Virus record (IMG/VR): IMGVR_UViG_3300025389_000051
Location: 1 to 36,523 of that record
Reading direction: 5' to 3' (one strand)
Source of the DNA: a virus
Taxonomy: Duplodnaviria > Caudoviricetes
Length of the DNA stretch: 36,523 nt
The notes beneath the pieces are model-generated. The model saw only the letters and a list, made by a program, of their open reading frames with translations. It had not been told where the DNA came from and ran no database searches. Made by a program: the position numbers and the translations under genes. Positions within the stretch are counted from its first letter, which is position 1; every line of letters starts with the position of its first letter. Shown here one piece after another: positions 9,605 to 19,697 of the stretch.

Positions 9605-10490
9605 TGCTTATTCCAATACAACACATCAGTTCTCCACCCCTTACCTGACCCTTGACGAGTTCAAGAACGCTCCTACCGCTATTGATATCTCTAACCTTGT
9701 ATTCAACTCTCAAGATCCAGATGTGCAGGATGCCGAACTCTCTAATGTGATCGCCCGCGCCTCATCGTGGATTGACACCTATTGCAATCAGGTTCTTGCG
9801 GCTACAACCGAGAGCGAGAATATGCGCGCTCGCATCTACCAAGATGGAACGCTTCGCATCCATCCACGCTACAACCCTATTATTGCGCTTGTTGCTTTCA
9901 GTTATGGCAACCCAACCTCGCAGATGAACACAGTTCCCGATCCTTCTATTGCTTGGATCGAAGATCAGCAGATTATTATTCCTTGCGGAAACCTAGGCTT
10001 TAACTACTCCACACAAGGCCCACTTCAATTCGGACTTCCAGCAGGCCCACGCTTTGAGATGTTTATTAACCTCAAGTATGTGGCTGGATACGCCAATACA
10101 ACCATTGTTACCGCAACTGCTGGACAATCTACCGTTGTAGTTGCAGATCCAACAGGAATCACCGCCAACTCAACCCTACGCATCTATGATGGCTTCAACT
10201 CAGAATTAGTTACAGTTGCCAGCAACCACACCTACGGAAACGCAACCGTAGCCCTTGCTGCACCATTGGCTTACTCGCACAACGCAGGGGTTTCAATCTC
10301 TGCCCTACCGCCAGCCATCAAAGAGGCTGCAATCCTCGTCACAACCGCCTTTCTCAAGGTTCGTGGAGATTCCTCAATGACTATGGGTATCTCAACTAGC
10401 GCATCACAAAGCACACCCGGCAAGGACAAACTCAGCGATGAGATTGCGCTCGCTAAAGAGTTGCTTATGCCTTACCGCAGGGTCAGATAA
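9597..10490 (+). CDS. Head-tail adaptor/connector with a beta-rich insertion
   Basis: YLTLDEFK, ASSWIDTYC, YVAGY, PPAIKEAAI and LLMPYRR gp6/gp15-like pattern; synteny. Confidence 0.75.
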   Translation: MANAYSNTTHQFSTPYLTLDEFKNAPTAIDISNLVFNSQDPDVQDAELSNVIARASSWIDTYCNQVLAATTESENMRARIYQDGTLRIHPRYNPIIALVAFSYGNPTSQMNTVPDPSIAWIEDQQIIIPCGNLGFNYSTQGPLQFGLPAGPRFEMFINLKYVAGYANTTIVTATAGQSTVVVADPTGITANSTLRIYDGFNSELVTVASNHTYGNATVALAAPLAYSHNAGVSISALPPAIKEAAILVTTAFLKVRGDSSMTMGISTSASQSTPGKDKLSDEIALAKELLMPYRRVR

Positions 10491-10996
10491 TGGCAGTAGG
10501 TCGCAAAGAAGCCAGAGATACAATCGCTACCTTCATCAAGCCACCGCAGGTAGATGGTATCAATCAGGTCTTTACCTCGTTTCCTAAGCGTATTAACTTT
10601 GAGGTTAATGCCCTGCCTTCGCAGAGAAACCGTTGCGCTGCCGTAGTCTTTATTGAGTCGGAAACAGAAACTCGTATTGGCTTGGGTGGTTATACCGCCG
10701 CAGGTGTGGCTACGGGTATCAAGAAAGTTGATTACTCAGTAGCAATTCAACTTTTCCACCATTCTCTAGAAAACAATGCTGAAGATGCTATGGCTGACTT
10801 TGATAATGTCATAGACAACCTTAAGAACCGCCTCCGCTCAGATCATCAATTTGGCGATAAGTCGGGCGTACTTGTATGGCAAGCAGCAGAACCAGTCATT
10901 AATACTTCTTACGGCGAGCCAATGTCTAGCAACGGTACTGCTACCGAAACTTGGGCAGTTGTGAGATTTGATGTTACCCAAGTTATCAACGCATAG
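10490..10996 (+). CDS. Tail terminator/completion protein
   Basis: Size and position upstream of the tail tube gene. Confidence 0.55.
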   Translation: MAVGRKEARDTIATFIKPPQVDGINQVFTSFPKRINFEVNALPSQRNRCAAVVFIESETETRIGLGGYTAAGVATGIKKVDYSVAIQLFHHSLENNAEDAMADFDNVIDNLKNRLRSDHQFGDKSGVLVWQAAEPVINTSYGEPMSSNGTATETWAVVRFDVTQVINA

Positions 10997-11004
10997 GAGC
11001 AATC

Positions 11005-11160
11005 ATGCAGTTCACTTACAACGGCTCAGATGAGCGAGTTTTCCCAAGTATCGCAGTAACAGTTAAACCCGGTGACACCTTTGAGGCACCTGAAGATTTC
11101 AGCGCAGCAAATGTTTCATCAAAGTCCACCAAGTCCAAGCCAACAGTAGGAGATGAATAA
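11005..11160 (+). CDS. 51-aa hypothetical protein (not in ORF track)
   Basis: AGGAG SD; MQFTYNGSDERVFPSIAVTVKPGDTFEAPEDF...; stop overlaps next ATG (TAATG). Confidence 0.75.
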   Translation: MQFTYNGSDERVFPSIAVTVKPGDTFEAPEDFSAANVSSKSTKSKPTVGDE

Positions 11161-12149
11161 TGGCACTAGCACAACCATCCGTTAAGTCGTATTTAGGCGT
11201 TGCCCTAGAAACGACAAAAGGAACACCAGTAACGGCTACAAATTTTGTGCCAGTTACCATGAACAGTTTTAAGCCTGTTGATGTAATCGCACCTCTTTAT
11301 GACACAGGGCTTCGTGGCTCACTCGTTGAGAACTACGCCTATGTTCAGGGCCGCCGCCACACAACCGTTGATTTTGGTGGGCCAGTCTTTGCAGACACAA
11401 TCGGCTACTGGGTTGCAGGTATCCTTGGCGATGTAACCACAACAGGTTCATCAGCCCCTTACACCCACGCTATTGCGGTTAAGAACGCCGTAGGAACAAC
11501 AGGCGATGCTCAGCCAAAGGCTCTCACCATCACAGACTTCTACTCAGCGAACACTCGCCAGTATCCGGGTTGCCAGATCACCGATCTTGGTTTGACCTTC
11601 AACGCTGACGGAATGTTGGAATACGCAGTAAAGGCTATGGGCTTCCCATCAGTTACTACAACTGCTCCAGCCCCATCGTTCTCAACAGTTCTCCCTACTC
11701 AGGTATGGACTGGAACCGTAACAATCGGCGGCTCAACAGTTGGCTACACACGCACAGGAACTCTTGATCTCTCGCGCAAGTCAGAAGCAATCTGGGGTCT
11801 AGCCAATACCCAATCTCCATATCAGGTATTCCTTGGCGCTCTAACTGCTAAGGGCAAGATCACCTTTGTTATGCAGGATGATGCAGAACTTACTCGCTAC
11901 ATCACCAACACTCAGCCAGCCCTTACCTTCAACTTCTCAACAGGTAGCGGATCAACTGCAACTCAGGTTCAGTTCACTATCTCAAAGGGCGCTTATGTAA
12001 CTGGTGCGATTGAGCGTAACGCTGATTATGTTGAAGTAACCGTAGATATCGAAGGTCTTGGAAACACAACAGATATTGGCGCAACTGCTGGATACTCACC
12101 TGTAAAGTTCACTTTGCAGAACGCTCTCCCAAGCGGAACATTCCAGTAA
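11160..12149 (+). CDS. Major tail (tube) protein
   Basis: YLGVALETTKGT, YTH and YPGCQI motifs; 329 aa; precedes the chaperone. Confidence 0.85.
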   Translation: MALAQPSVKSYLGVALETTKGTPVTATNFVPVTMNSFKPVDVIAPLYDTGLRGSLVENYAYVQGRRHTTVDFGGPVFADTIGYWVAGILGDVTTTGSSAPYTHAIAVKNAVGTTGDAQPKALTITDFYSANTRQYPGCQITDLGLTFNADGMLEYAVKAMGFPSVTTTAPAPSFSTVLPTQVWTGTVTIGGSTVGYTRTGTLDLSRKSEAIWGLANTQSPYQVFLGALTAKGKITFVMQDDAELTRYITNTQPALTFNFSTGSGSTATQVQFTISKGAYVTGAIERNADYVEVTVDIEGLGNTTDIGATAGYSPVKFTLQNALPSGTFQ

Positions 12150-12159
12150 CCGATAGAAT

Positions 12160-12197
12160 CCCGCTAGGAGAGGCCGCCTTCCCCTCTCCTAGTCGGG
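12160..12197 (+). promoter_or_regulatory. Strong hairpin between tail tube and chaperone genes
   Basis: CTAGGAGAGG (12164-12173) / CCTCTCCTAG (12183-12192), loop CCGCCTTCC. Confidence 0.65.
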
Positions 12198-12231
12198 CTA
12201 TTATTGCGAAGGCACATTGGAAGGAAACCAA

Positions 12232-12582
12232 ATGTCAAAAAGTATTACTCTCCCATCAGGTAACACCGCAGTATTGCGCGACCCATCAACCTTACGCGTG
12301 AAAGATCGCAAAAAGGTTGTAGCGGCGGCAAACAATCAAGAAGGCCTGCTTCAGGCTATGTCTATGACTGATGGTTTGATCGCAGTTCTTGTTGAGTCAT
12401 GGTCGTTTGATCTTATTATCCCATCAATTCATATTGCTTCATTGGATGAATTGACTATGCCTGATTACGATTTCTTGGCAGCAGAAGCGGCTAAGGCTCA
12501 ATCTGGAATCTTCCCAGACTTCTCGGATACTCCAGCCAATCAGAGCAACCCTGATAGCCCTTTAGGAAACTTGAACGCTTAA
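12232..12582 (+). CDS. Tail assembly chaperone (gpG-like)
   Basis: GAAGGA SD favours ATG 12232; follows the tail tube gene; ends at a slippery site. Confidence 0.85.
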   Translation: MSKSITLPSGNTAVLRDPSTLRVKDRKKVVAAANNQEGLLQAMSMTDGLIAVLVESWSFDLIIPSIHIASLDELTMPDYDFLAAEAAKAQSGIFPDFSDTPANQSNPDSPLGNLNA

Positions 12583-12773
12583 AGTGGATTTTAGAGGGTA
12601 ACCCGTCTAGCGAGTTATACGATTATCCATACGAAGAATATTTATACTATTTGTGCGCCAAAGAATTCGGCTGGACTCCACAGGAAACAGATGAACAACC
12701 TGCTTTTATGGTGGATTGGATTCTTAAAATACTCAACATTGCTAGGGAGATCGAAAGTGGAAATCAGCAATAA
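12558..12773 (+). CDS. Tail assembly chaperone -1 frameshift extension (gpT-like), giving a 12232-12773 fusion
   Basis: Slippery C CCT TTA at 12558-12564; the -1 frame starts right after a TAG and reads ...LCAKEFGWTPQETDEQPAFMVDW... Confidence 0.85.
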   Translation, partial: PFRKLERLKWILEGNPSSELYDYPYEEYLYYLCAKEFGWTPQETDEQPAFMVDWILKILNIAREIESGNQQ

Positions 12774-13161
12774 CATCCCTGAAGTAATGCGTAGAGTGAT
12801 TGAGGCTGAAAAGAAAATTGATCGTGGCGCTATGTTAGCCCGTGATGAAATGATGACTCAACTTATTCAGTTATCTAAAGAAGAGATTAAAGGCAAACGC
12901 AGATCTGGCGAAAAGGCTGAAGTGGGTAAGCCACCTAAAAACCGCACAGGTAACTTACGCCGATCTATTAGAGGCGAAAAAGAGCGTGAAGGTTTTGCCA
13001 CCTATTCAGCCATAGTTGGCCCAACGATTATTTATGGTCGCAGGGTTGAACTTGGCGGAGGCAACTGGCCTAAAGGCACAAAATTCCCATATATGAAACC
13101 TGCATGGGAAAAGTTCAGACCATTGGCAATTAACATCGTTCGCAAACACTTGGCTCTCTAG
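12757..13161 (+). CDS. HK97 gp10-like tail/neck protein
   Basis: RTGNLRRSI, YGRRVELG and PYMKPAW motifs; GTG 12757 has a GGAGA SD. Confidence 0.8.
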   Translation: MEISNNIPEVMRRVIEAEKKIDRGAMLARDEMMTQLIQLSKEEIKGKRRSGEKAEVGKPPKNRTGNLRRSIRGEKEREGFATYSAIVGPTIIYGRRVELGGGNWPKGTKFPYMKPAWEKFRPLAINIVRKHLAL

Positions 13162-13169
13162 GAGGCATC

Positions 13170-14582
13170 ATGGCAGAGTTCTTTCCCCCAGTAATCTTTG
13201 AGATCAAGGCAAAGGCTACCGAGGCTATTGCATCATTTGGAGAAGTCAATAAAGAACTTCTTAAGATGGAAAAGAATGGCGTTATTGCTAGCAACGCTCT
13301 TGGCAAAATGCAAACCGCTTCCAAGTATGCCGGAACTGCGCTTCTTGGACTTGGTGGGGTTTTTGGTGCTTTTGCCATATCAAGCATTAAGCAATTAGAC
13401 ACAGTAGAAACTGCTCAAGCAAAACTTTCGGTTGCCATCAAAGATACTGGCGTTAGTTTTGATGTTGCCAAGCCTTATATTGATCGCGCTGATGCCGCTA
13501 TGCGTAATCTTGGATTTACTACTGCTGATACTTACGATGCTCTTGGAACCCTAACTACTGCAAGCCGTAATCCTAAAACTGCTCTTGATACTTTAAGCGC
13601 TGCGGCAGACCTTGCTCGCTATAAGCAAATATCTCTTGCTGATGCTTCAACGCTATTGGCTCGCGCAACTATTGGTCAGGCTAAAGGTCTTGGCGATCTT
13701 GGCATTGCTATTGGTAAGACATTACCAAAGGGTGCTTCTCTTGAACAAATCCTTAAAGCGGTTGAAGATCGTACTCACGGTTCGGCAAAAGCCTTTAGCG
13801 AAACCCTTGCAGGGGGATTGCAAAAAGCGCAAGCCAACTTCCAAAACCTTGAAGTTAATGTGGGAACCAAATTAGTTCCAGCATTAAATAATGTAATTAA
13901 TTGGATCAATGACACAGGCATTCCCGGTCTTAATGGTTTCTTTGGCGTTATTAGCGACAATAAAGGCGTGGTGGCTGGTTTAGTTACTGCTCTTGCTGGA
14001 ATCTGGGCAGCACCAAAAATAATTGGAATTATTACTGCAATTAGATCTATCATTGCCGAAATAAGTCTTTTAAGAACGGCTGCTGCTTTAGGTGCAGAAG
14101 CAGAAGCAGTATTGGGATTTACTGCCGCGCCCGGATCAATGCTTAAATTACTTTTGGGTGGTACTGCTGGCGTTGCTACTGCCGCTGCCGCCGTAGCGGC
14201 AGTAGTAGGTGTTGGAATTTATAGCGCAGAAAAAGAATCAGCCAGAATAGATGCAATGCCAGTCAGACCTACTATTGGTGGCAAGGCTGGCGCGGCTGCT
14301 ATGGCAGGTTATCAACAACAATTAGCCGATTGGAAAAAAAGACACTCTGCCGTTATTACCGATCCAGACCGCGACAAATATTCTGGAACTGGAAGTATCG
14401 ATAGTGGATTAAAACCAACCGTTATTGCAAGTGCTTCTAAAACTAAAAAAACTTCTATCAGTAAAAGTAAAAAACTTACAGTTGGTGGAACATCTGGTGG
14501 CGTACAGGTAAATGTTTATGTAGATGGAACTAAACAGGCTGCTAAAGTTTCCACCCAAAATCAACCATTAGGGAAGCCATAA
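13170..14582 (+). CDS. Tape measure protein (short, 470 aa)
   Basis: Ala/Gly/Leu-rich helical protein; AADLARYK motif; precedes the distal tail gene; AGGAGG SD. Confidence 0.8.
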   Translation: MAEFFPPVIFEIKAKATEAIASFGEVNKELLKMEKNGVIASNALGKMQTASKYAGTALLGLGGVFGAFAISSIKQLDTVETAQAKLSVAIKDTGVSFDVAKPYIDRADAAMRNLGFTTADTYDALGTLTTASRNPKTALDTLSAAADLARYKQISLADASTLLARATIGQAKGLGDLGIAIGKTLPKGASLEQILKAVEDRTHGSAKAFSETLAGGLQKAQANFQNLEVNVGTKLVPALNNVINWINDTGIPGLNGFFGVISDNKGVVAGLVTALAGIWAAPKIIGIITAIRSIIAEISLLRTAAALGAEAEAVLGFTAAPGSMLKLLLGGTAGVATAAAAVAAVVGVGIYSAEKESARIDAMPVRPTIGGKAGAAAMAGYQQQLADWKKRHSAVITDPDRDKYSGTGSIDSGLKPTVIASASKTKKTSISKSKKLTVGGTSGGVQVNVYVDGTKQAAKVSTQNQPLGKP

Positions 14583-15433
14583 TGACTCTAAGCACATATC
14601 AATTTCAATTTAGAGGTACAGTATTTGGCGCTGGAACTCCTTACATTGTTGAAAGTGTTGATGGCTTAGGCACTCCTGCCATTCGCGTTCAAGATGATAA
14701 CCGAGGCTACATTGACGGAGCGTACTCAGGTCGAGATTTTTATGAGGGTCGCACCGTTACTTTTAATATGCTTATTATTGGCGATTCAACAAAAAGCGCC
14801 CAAGCCTATTACCGTGATTTCAGATATGCCGTTACCCCACAGGTTCAAGGTCTTTACCCTGACCCATATCAGGGTTCTCAGCCTTCAGATACAACTCTTA
14901 ACCTTTTCCAGTTTCAGTTAAATTCTGAGTCATATACAGATACAACCGTTACTGGCATTAAGCGTATGTGGGGGCGCGTTCGCAATATTACAGTTCCAGT
15001 TGATCCAGATTACACATTTGGTTACATTGCGATTCAAGTTGAATTTTACTTCCCAGATCCTCGCTATTATGACGATACCGCCAAAACCGCGAGCGGAACT
15101 ACAAATGTGGCTTTGGCTAATAATGGATGGGCTTACACCTGCCCTGCCGTAACTATTGCAAGCCCTAATTCAAGCGGAGCAATTTGGGATACCATTACAG
15201 GCTATCGTATGAATTTCTCCAATGTGAATACTTCTTATCCGCTTGTAATTGATCTCTTACAACGCACCATTACCCAGAATGGCAATCCAGCGCGAAATAC
15301 TTTGCTTTCTTTTGACAATGTAACTTCAGGCGCGCTTACTGGTGGTTGGTTGTCTATCATGGGCAACTACACCCCTCTCTGGTCTAGTACGCTTGGTTCT
15401 ATGGCTATTACATATAGGAACTCTTACATCTAA
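14582..15433 (+). CDS. Distal tail protein (Dit-like)
   Basis: VDGLGTP, GRTVT, FPDPRYY and VIDLLQRTI motifs; follows TMP. Confidence 0.75.
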   Translation: MTLSTYQFQFRGTVFGAGTPYIVESVDGLGTPAIRVQDDNRGYIDGAYSGRDFYEGRTVTFNMLIIGDSTKSAQAYYRDFRYAVTPQVQGLYPDPYQGSQPSDTTLNLFQFQLNSESYTDTTVTGIKRMWGRVRNITVPVDPDYTFGYIAIQVEFYFPDPRYYDDTAKTASGTTNVALANNGWAYTCPAVTIASPNSSGAIWDTITGYRMNFSNVNTSYPLVIDLLQRTITQNGNPARNTLLSFDNVTSGALTGGWLSIMGNYTPLWSSTLGSMAITYRNSYI

Positions 15434-16701
15434 TGCCTATTCAGGATTACACCTATGTAACAACACAACTTTACCAATCGGGTTCTACTGCCAACCCTGT
15501 TATTGCTGAGTTGCCTTTTACTCGCGTGAATTTTACTTCTCAGTTGTCGAGTATTGGCGCGTTCTCTGGTGAGTTATTACTTTCAGGTGTTAATGCCTAT
15601 GCAATGAATGTTGAGGCTGGCACAACACCCGGCAAGGTAATTCTTTGGGTGTTGCATGGTGGAGTTCCTGTTTGGTCTGGCGTAATCTGGAACAGAGAAT
15701 ACGACTCTGATACTCAGATAATGAAGATCAATGCGCAAGAAATGCTTTCTTATTATCAGCATCGCCGCATCTATAAGTTCACAAGTTCTAGTTATTATCA
15801 GGCAAATGCTGGCGGTACTGGCGTTGGCGGTCTTGTTTATGGAAACCTCAGCACCAATACTGGCGTTGATCCGCTTGTTATGCTTACCGATTTATTGGCT
15901 GGCGCTAATGCAATCAGTCATGGCAATATCGGCGTTACCTACTCAGGGCCATCGTCATCTAGCGGTGTGGCTATTCGCTCATTTTATGATTTTGAGATTA
16001 AAAGTGTTTATCAGGCTTGGAAAGATTTAGCCACCAGTTCCACCTTTTTTGATTTTCTTATTAAGCCATCTGTTTCAAGCGGTTTGCTTTACAACACATT
16101 AGTGGCAGGCACTCCTATTATTGGCGCTACTTATAGCGGCTCATCTACAAGTTCCCTTAATTTTGAATTCCCCGGCAATATTGTTTCTTATTCTTATGCA
16201 GAAGATGCTACCCGCGTTGGTAATAAAGTCTTTGGTCTAGGATATGGCGCAAACAACAACCGCCTCATTGCCAATTACTATGACCGTTCTAAGATTTACG
16301 GTTCAAACACTTGGCCTCTTCTTGAAGAAAATTCAAACATGATTGATATTGTAAGTATTGATCTTCTTAAAAACACCACCATAGGAAAATTGCTTGCTAT
16401 TGGATATCCTCCAACAACCATGCAAATTGTTATTCCTAGTTATGTTGATCCCTACCTTGGCGCTTATAGCGTAGGCGATCAGGTTAAAGTTCTTATCAAT
16501 GATGATCGTTTCCCTAGCGGTATAGCAAGCACCCCAACTGCATCGGCTACCGTTTATTCAGATGGTGGCGTTCTTCCCACAACTGGATCATCTTCGATCT
16601 ACCGCATTGTGGGCATAGATGTTCAGCCCGGCGAGAATGGCCCAGATCGCGTTACACTTACCCTCAACCTCCCACTAGCAACCACTTTAACGGCGGGATA
16701 A
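15433..16701 (+). CDS. Minor tail/baseplate hub protein
   Basis: IAELP, PVWSGVIW, FEFPGNI and YSVGDQV motifs seen in actinophage minor tail proteins. Confidence 0.75.
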   Translation: MPIQDYTYVTTQLYQSGSTANPVIAELPFTRVNFTSQLSSIGAFSGELLLSGVNAYAMNVEAGTTPGKVILWVLHGGVPVWSGVIWNREYDSDTQIMKINAQEMLSYYQHRRIYKFTSSSYYQANAGGTGVGGLVYGNLSTNTGVDPLVMLTDLLAGANAISHGNIGVTYSGPSSSSGVAIRSFYDFEIKSVYQAWKDLATSSTFFDFLIKPSVSSGLLYNTLVAGTPIIGATYSGSSTSSLNFEFPGNIVSYSYAEDATRVGNKVFGLGYGANNNRLIANYYDRSKIYGSNTWPLLEENSNMIDIVSIDLLKNTTIGKLLAIGYPPTTMQIVIPSYVDPYLGAYSVGDQVKVLINDDRFPSGIASTPTASATVYSDGGVLPTTGSSSIYRIVGIDVQPGENGPDRVTLTLNLPLATTLTAG

Positions 16702-16702
16702 A

Positions 16703-18292
16703 ATGAGTTCAGTTAATCTGCCAGCAAGTTTGTTTGATATGTTTCAGGCGATCAATGATCGCTTGAATCGTCTTGAATTAGGTTATAGCGGCCCACAGGC
16801 TTCAGCAGATGCAGCGCAATCAACGGCAGTAAGCGCGCAAAGTGTTGCAAGCCAAGCCACCACCGCAGCCCAATTCGCTAACACCCAAGCCACTACCGCT
16901 ATTGCTCTTGCTGGTACAAAAAATACAGTTTTCTATTCAGGAACCGCTCCAACCGCTAATGCAGTTAATGACCAATGGATCAATACGGCTCAGGGAAATA
17001 AACTTTATATTTGGAATGGCAGTAGTTGGGTTAGCGTTCAAGATACTGCTATCGCATCAGCGCAAGCGGCATCAGCATCAGCGCAAGCAGCCTCGGTTGC
17101 GGCTCAAACAACCGCTAATGGCAAGAACGCTATTTACCGCCAAGGCACAACACCAACAACCCCATATACAGGGAGCACATTTCTTGTTGGTGATATGTGG
17201 TTTAACACATCTGCCGATAATGCTATTTCTACTTGGAATGGAACTTCGTGGGGTTCTAACGCTTTAGGTAATGGTGCTATTTACGCCAATCTTTCTGCTA
17301 ATAAAATTACATCAGGAACTATCGATGCAAGCGTAATTAATGTATCTAATATCAATGCTGGCAATATCTCAACAGGCACATTGTCGGCCGCTCGCATTGC
17401 TACGGGTTCTTTAAATGCAAGCGTGATTACTTCAGGAACCATTACTGCTGCTCAAATTAGTTCAGGAACTATTACCGCTTCTCAAATAGCCACAGGCACA
17501 ATTACTGCTACTCAAATTGCTGCTGGAACAATTACTGCTACTGAAATCTCATCATCTTATGTCTATGCTGGAACAATTCAAGCAACCCAAATATATGCAG
17601 GAACGCTTACGGGATTCACCATCGATAATGGAAGTGGAACTTTCTCGGTTTCCTCAGCAGGAAATATGGTTGCTACTTCTGGGCATATCGGTAACTGGTA
17701 TATCACGGGTGGAAACCTTACAGATAGTTCGGGAACCTCAACGGTTTTATCTGCTACTGGCGGCACAATGCTTTCAGGATATGGAACTGTTGTATCGGGT
17801 AGCGGTGTTTATGTTGGTAGCGGTTCTTATGCGGTTTCTCTTACAACAAGCGGTATTTCTACAACTGGATCACTTTCTTCGGGTGGTACTGCGGACATTA
17901 CTGGCAATCTTCAAGTTCATGCAATGACTCCTTACAACAGTTCAACCGATTACGCCGTTTGGTGGAGATCGTCTAATGGTAGATTTTATTACAATTCATC
18001 TTCACGGCGATATAAAGAAAATATAGAAATTGATAATACTGGTTATCTTTCTGCCCTTGTTAAACTTAATCCAGTAAGTTTTACATATAAAGCAGAAGTA
18101 TCCGATACCCCAAATGTTAAACAATTTGGTTTAATTGCAGAAGATGTTGATTTAATTCCTGAATTAAAACCAATGGTTACTTACAATAAAGATAATCAAC
18201 CAGATGCTATTGCTTATGATAAATTAGGCGTATTCACTATATCGGCATTAAAAGAAATCAATAACCGCTTAACTAAGTTAGAAGGCAAATAA
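16703..18292 (+). CDS. Tail fibre/spike with C-terminal intramolecular chaperone (peptidase S74-like)
   Basis: GTITAxQI repeats; SSRRYKENI, LNPVSFTY and GLIAEDV motifs; terminal coiled coil. Confidence 0.88.
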   Translation: MSSVNLPASLFDMFQAINDRLNRLELGYSGPQASADAAQSTAVSAQSVASQATTAAQFANTQATTAIALAGTKNTVFYSGTAPTANAVNDQWINTAQGNKLYIWNGSSWVSVQDTAIASAQAASASAQAASVAAQTTANGKNAIYRQGTTPTTPYTGSTFLVGDMWFNTSADNAISTWNGTSWGSNALGNGAIYANLSANKITSGTIDASVINVSNINAGNISTGTLSAARIATGSLNASVITSGTITAAQISSGTITASQIATGTITATQIAAGTITATEISSSYVYAGTIQATQIYAGTLTGFTIDNGSGTFSVSSAGNMVATSGHIGNWYITGGNLTDSSGTSTVLSATGGTMLSGYGTVVSGSGVYVGSGSYAVSLTTSGISTTGSLSSGGTADITGNLQVHAMTPYNSSTDYAVWWRSSNGRFYYNSSSRRYKENIEIDNTGYLSALVKLNPVSFTYKAEVSDTPNVKQFGLIAEDVDLIPELKPMVTYNKDNQPDAIAYDKLGVFTISALKEINNRLTKLEGK

Positions 18293-18471
18293 TGGAACTA
18301 CCTATTGATGGAGTATTAAAAGAGATGCGCGATATTATTGGGGTACAAGCCCAAGAAATTGCACTTCTCAAAGCAACACTTACCGCCCTGCAAAATCCAC
18401 CCGCGCCAACTTACACAACGGCAGTCACCGACAAGCCCGATGTGATAGGAACGCAGGGAATCAAACCATAA
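18292..18471 (+). CDS. 59-aa hypothetical coiled-coil protein (not in ORF track)
   Basis: TAATG coupling; MELPIDGVLKEMRDIIGVQAQEIALLKATL... Confidence 0.7.
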   Translation: MELPIDGVLKEMRDIIGVQAQEIALLKATLTALQNPPAPTYTTAVTDKPDVIGTQGIKP

Positions 18472-18486
18472 CCGAAAGGTGCAACC

Positions 18487-18750
18487 TTGTTCACTAATGT
18501 AAATGCCGCCACAATCATTTACTCGTATTTTTTTGTATTTGCGGCTCTGCTCGCAGGTATGGGGATGATCGCCAAGCACACCATTTCTAAACACACAGAA
18601 GAGTTAAAAGAAAAACTCACTCGCATTGAGTACGCTCTTTACAATGATGGGCAGACTGGTCTTATTAACAAGGTAGATGCTTTGATTGAAAATCAGCAAA
18701 TTATTAAAATTGATGTTGAGGTAATGAAGGCTAAATATGAATCTGAATAA
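18487..18750 (+). CDS. Single-TM membrane protein with coiled coil (lysis cassette)
   Basis: Hydrophobic N-terminus, then YNDGQTGLINKVD; TTG start with GAAAGG SD. Confidence 0.7.
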   Translation: MFTNVNAATIIYSYFFVFAALLAGMGMIAKHTISKHTEELKEKLTRIEYALYNDGQTGLINKVDALIENQQIIKIDVEVMKAKYESE

Positions 18751-18943
18751 GCGCTTAATGTGGAAATTGATTTCTATATTTCGAGTGTGGTTTCAGACAT
18801 TTCTTACTATTGAAATTGTCTTACATATTAAAGATGTTATTAACGGCGCTATTTTATGGCAGGTCTGCCTTGGGGCTTTTGTTCCAGTTATCATTCGTTG
18901 GGCTACCCCACAAGATCAATTCCCAGATGAGAATTTAAGATGA
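18737..18943 (+). CDS. Holin-like membrane protein
   Basis: Two hydrophobic segments; PVIIRWATPQD end. Confidence 0.55.
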   Translation: MNLNKRLMWKLISIFRVWFQTFLTIEIVLHIKDVINGAILWQVCLGAFVPVIIRWATPQDQFPDENLR

Positions 18944-19386
18944 CGGATGCACACTCTGAGCATTTAACGCTTCACATGATTACCAATGTTCCTGAACACG
19001 CGCCACGAACTGACGATCCTCATTACAATATGTTTAACGAGGCTAAGGCTCGCATCAAGCGCCAAGGGCTTTGGAAGTGTGTAGTCAATGACGATCTCTG
19101 TTCGGGCGAAGCCGAACTCCACCATTCCACCATCGAGTTCTCTCAGATTGAAAACACCGATCCCGTTAAGGTGGCTCAGGCGTTTGGGTTGCATTTTGAA
19201 AATGATGAGGATTTCCAAGCGTGGATTGAATCGCCGGGCAACCTAGAAGTTCTTTGTGTAGCCCACCATCGCACACATTTTGGTATTCACGCCATCCCCG
19301 CACCGCTTTGGGATGCGCTAAGATTTAGAAAGGCTGGCACATTACCAGCCGCCGAACATATCTCAGGAGATGACAATGGCAAGTAA
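18940..19386 (+). CDS. HNH-like His/Cys-rich protein
   Basis: C..C..ELHH...NLEVLCVAHH..GIH pattern. Confidence 0.55.
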   Translation: MTDAHSEHLTLHMITNVPEHAPRTDDPHYNMFNEAKARIKRQGLWKCVVNDDLCSGEAELHHSTIEFSQIENTDPVKVAQAFGLHFENDEDFQAWIESPGNLEVLCVAHHRTHFGIHAIPAPLWDALRFRKAGTLPAAEHISGDDNGK

Positions 19387-19681
19387 AGTTAATTTCAAGA
19401 TCAGCAAGTCAGAAGCAGCATACATCGAGCATTACTTCTACGGCATCCTTGCCGCAGGTCTTGCTGCACACGAAATCGCTCCACACGATTCACTCAAGGT
19501 AGTTGCAGGTAAAGCGATTGTTGGCGGCTTGCTCGCCCCGATCCTTGCTCGCGTGAACCCTAAGTCACTCGTTAATCAGATTGATGAAGTAACAGGCGCG
19601 CCAGAAGCGCTAACTGCTCCAATCGTAACTGCCGCCCTTGCGGATGCTCAGAAGATTGTTGCAACCGAAACAACTAAGTAA
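19376..19681 (+). CDS. Holin-like membrane protein
   Basis: Two hydrophobic stretches; APILARVNPK; directly upstream of the endolysin; AGGAG spacing favours ATG 19376. Confidence 0.6.
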   Translation: MASKVNFKISKSEAAYIEHYFYGILAAGLAAHEIAPHDSLKVVAGKAIVGGLLAPILARVNPKSLVNQIDEVTGAPEALTAPIVTAALADAQKIVATETTK

Positions 19682-19697
19682 TTTGTAAGGAGGGCTT

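Noticed and set aside
12691-12756. N-terminal extension of the gp10-like ORF given in the track
   Set aside because: It overlaps the frameshifted chaperone frame; GTG 12757 has the SD
16703-18292. Diversity-generating retroelement acting on the tail fibre
   Set aside because: No reverse transcriptase and no template/variable repeat pair; the repeats are ordinary protein-level fibre repeats
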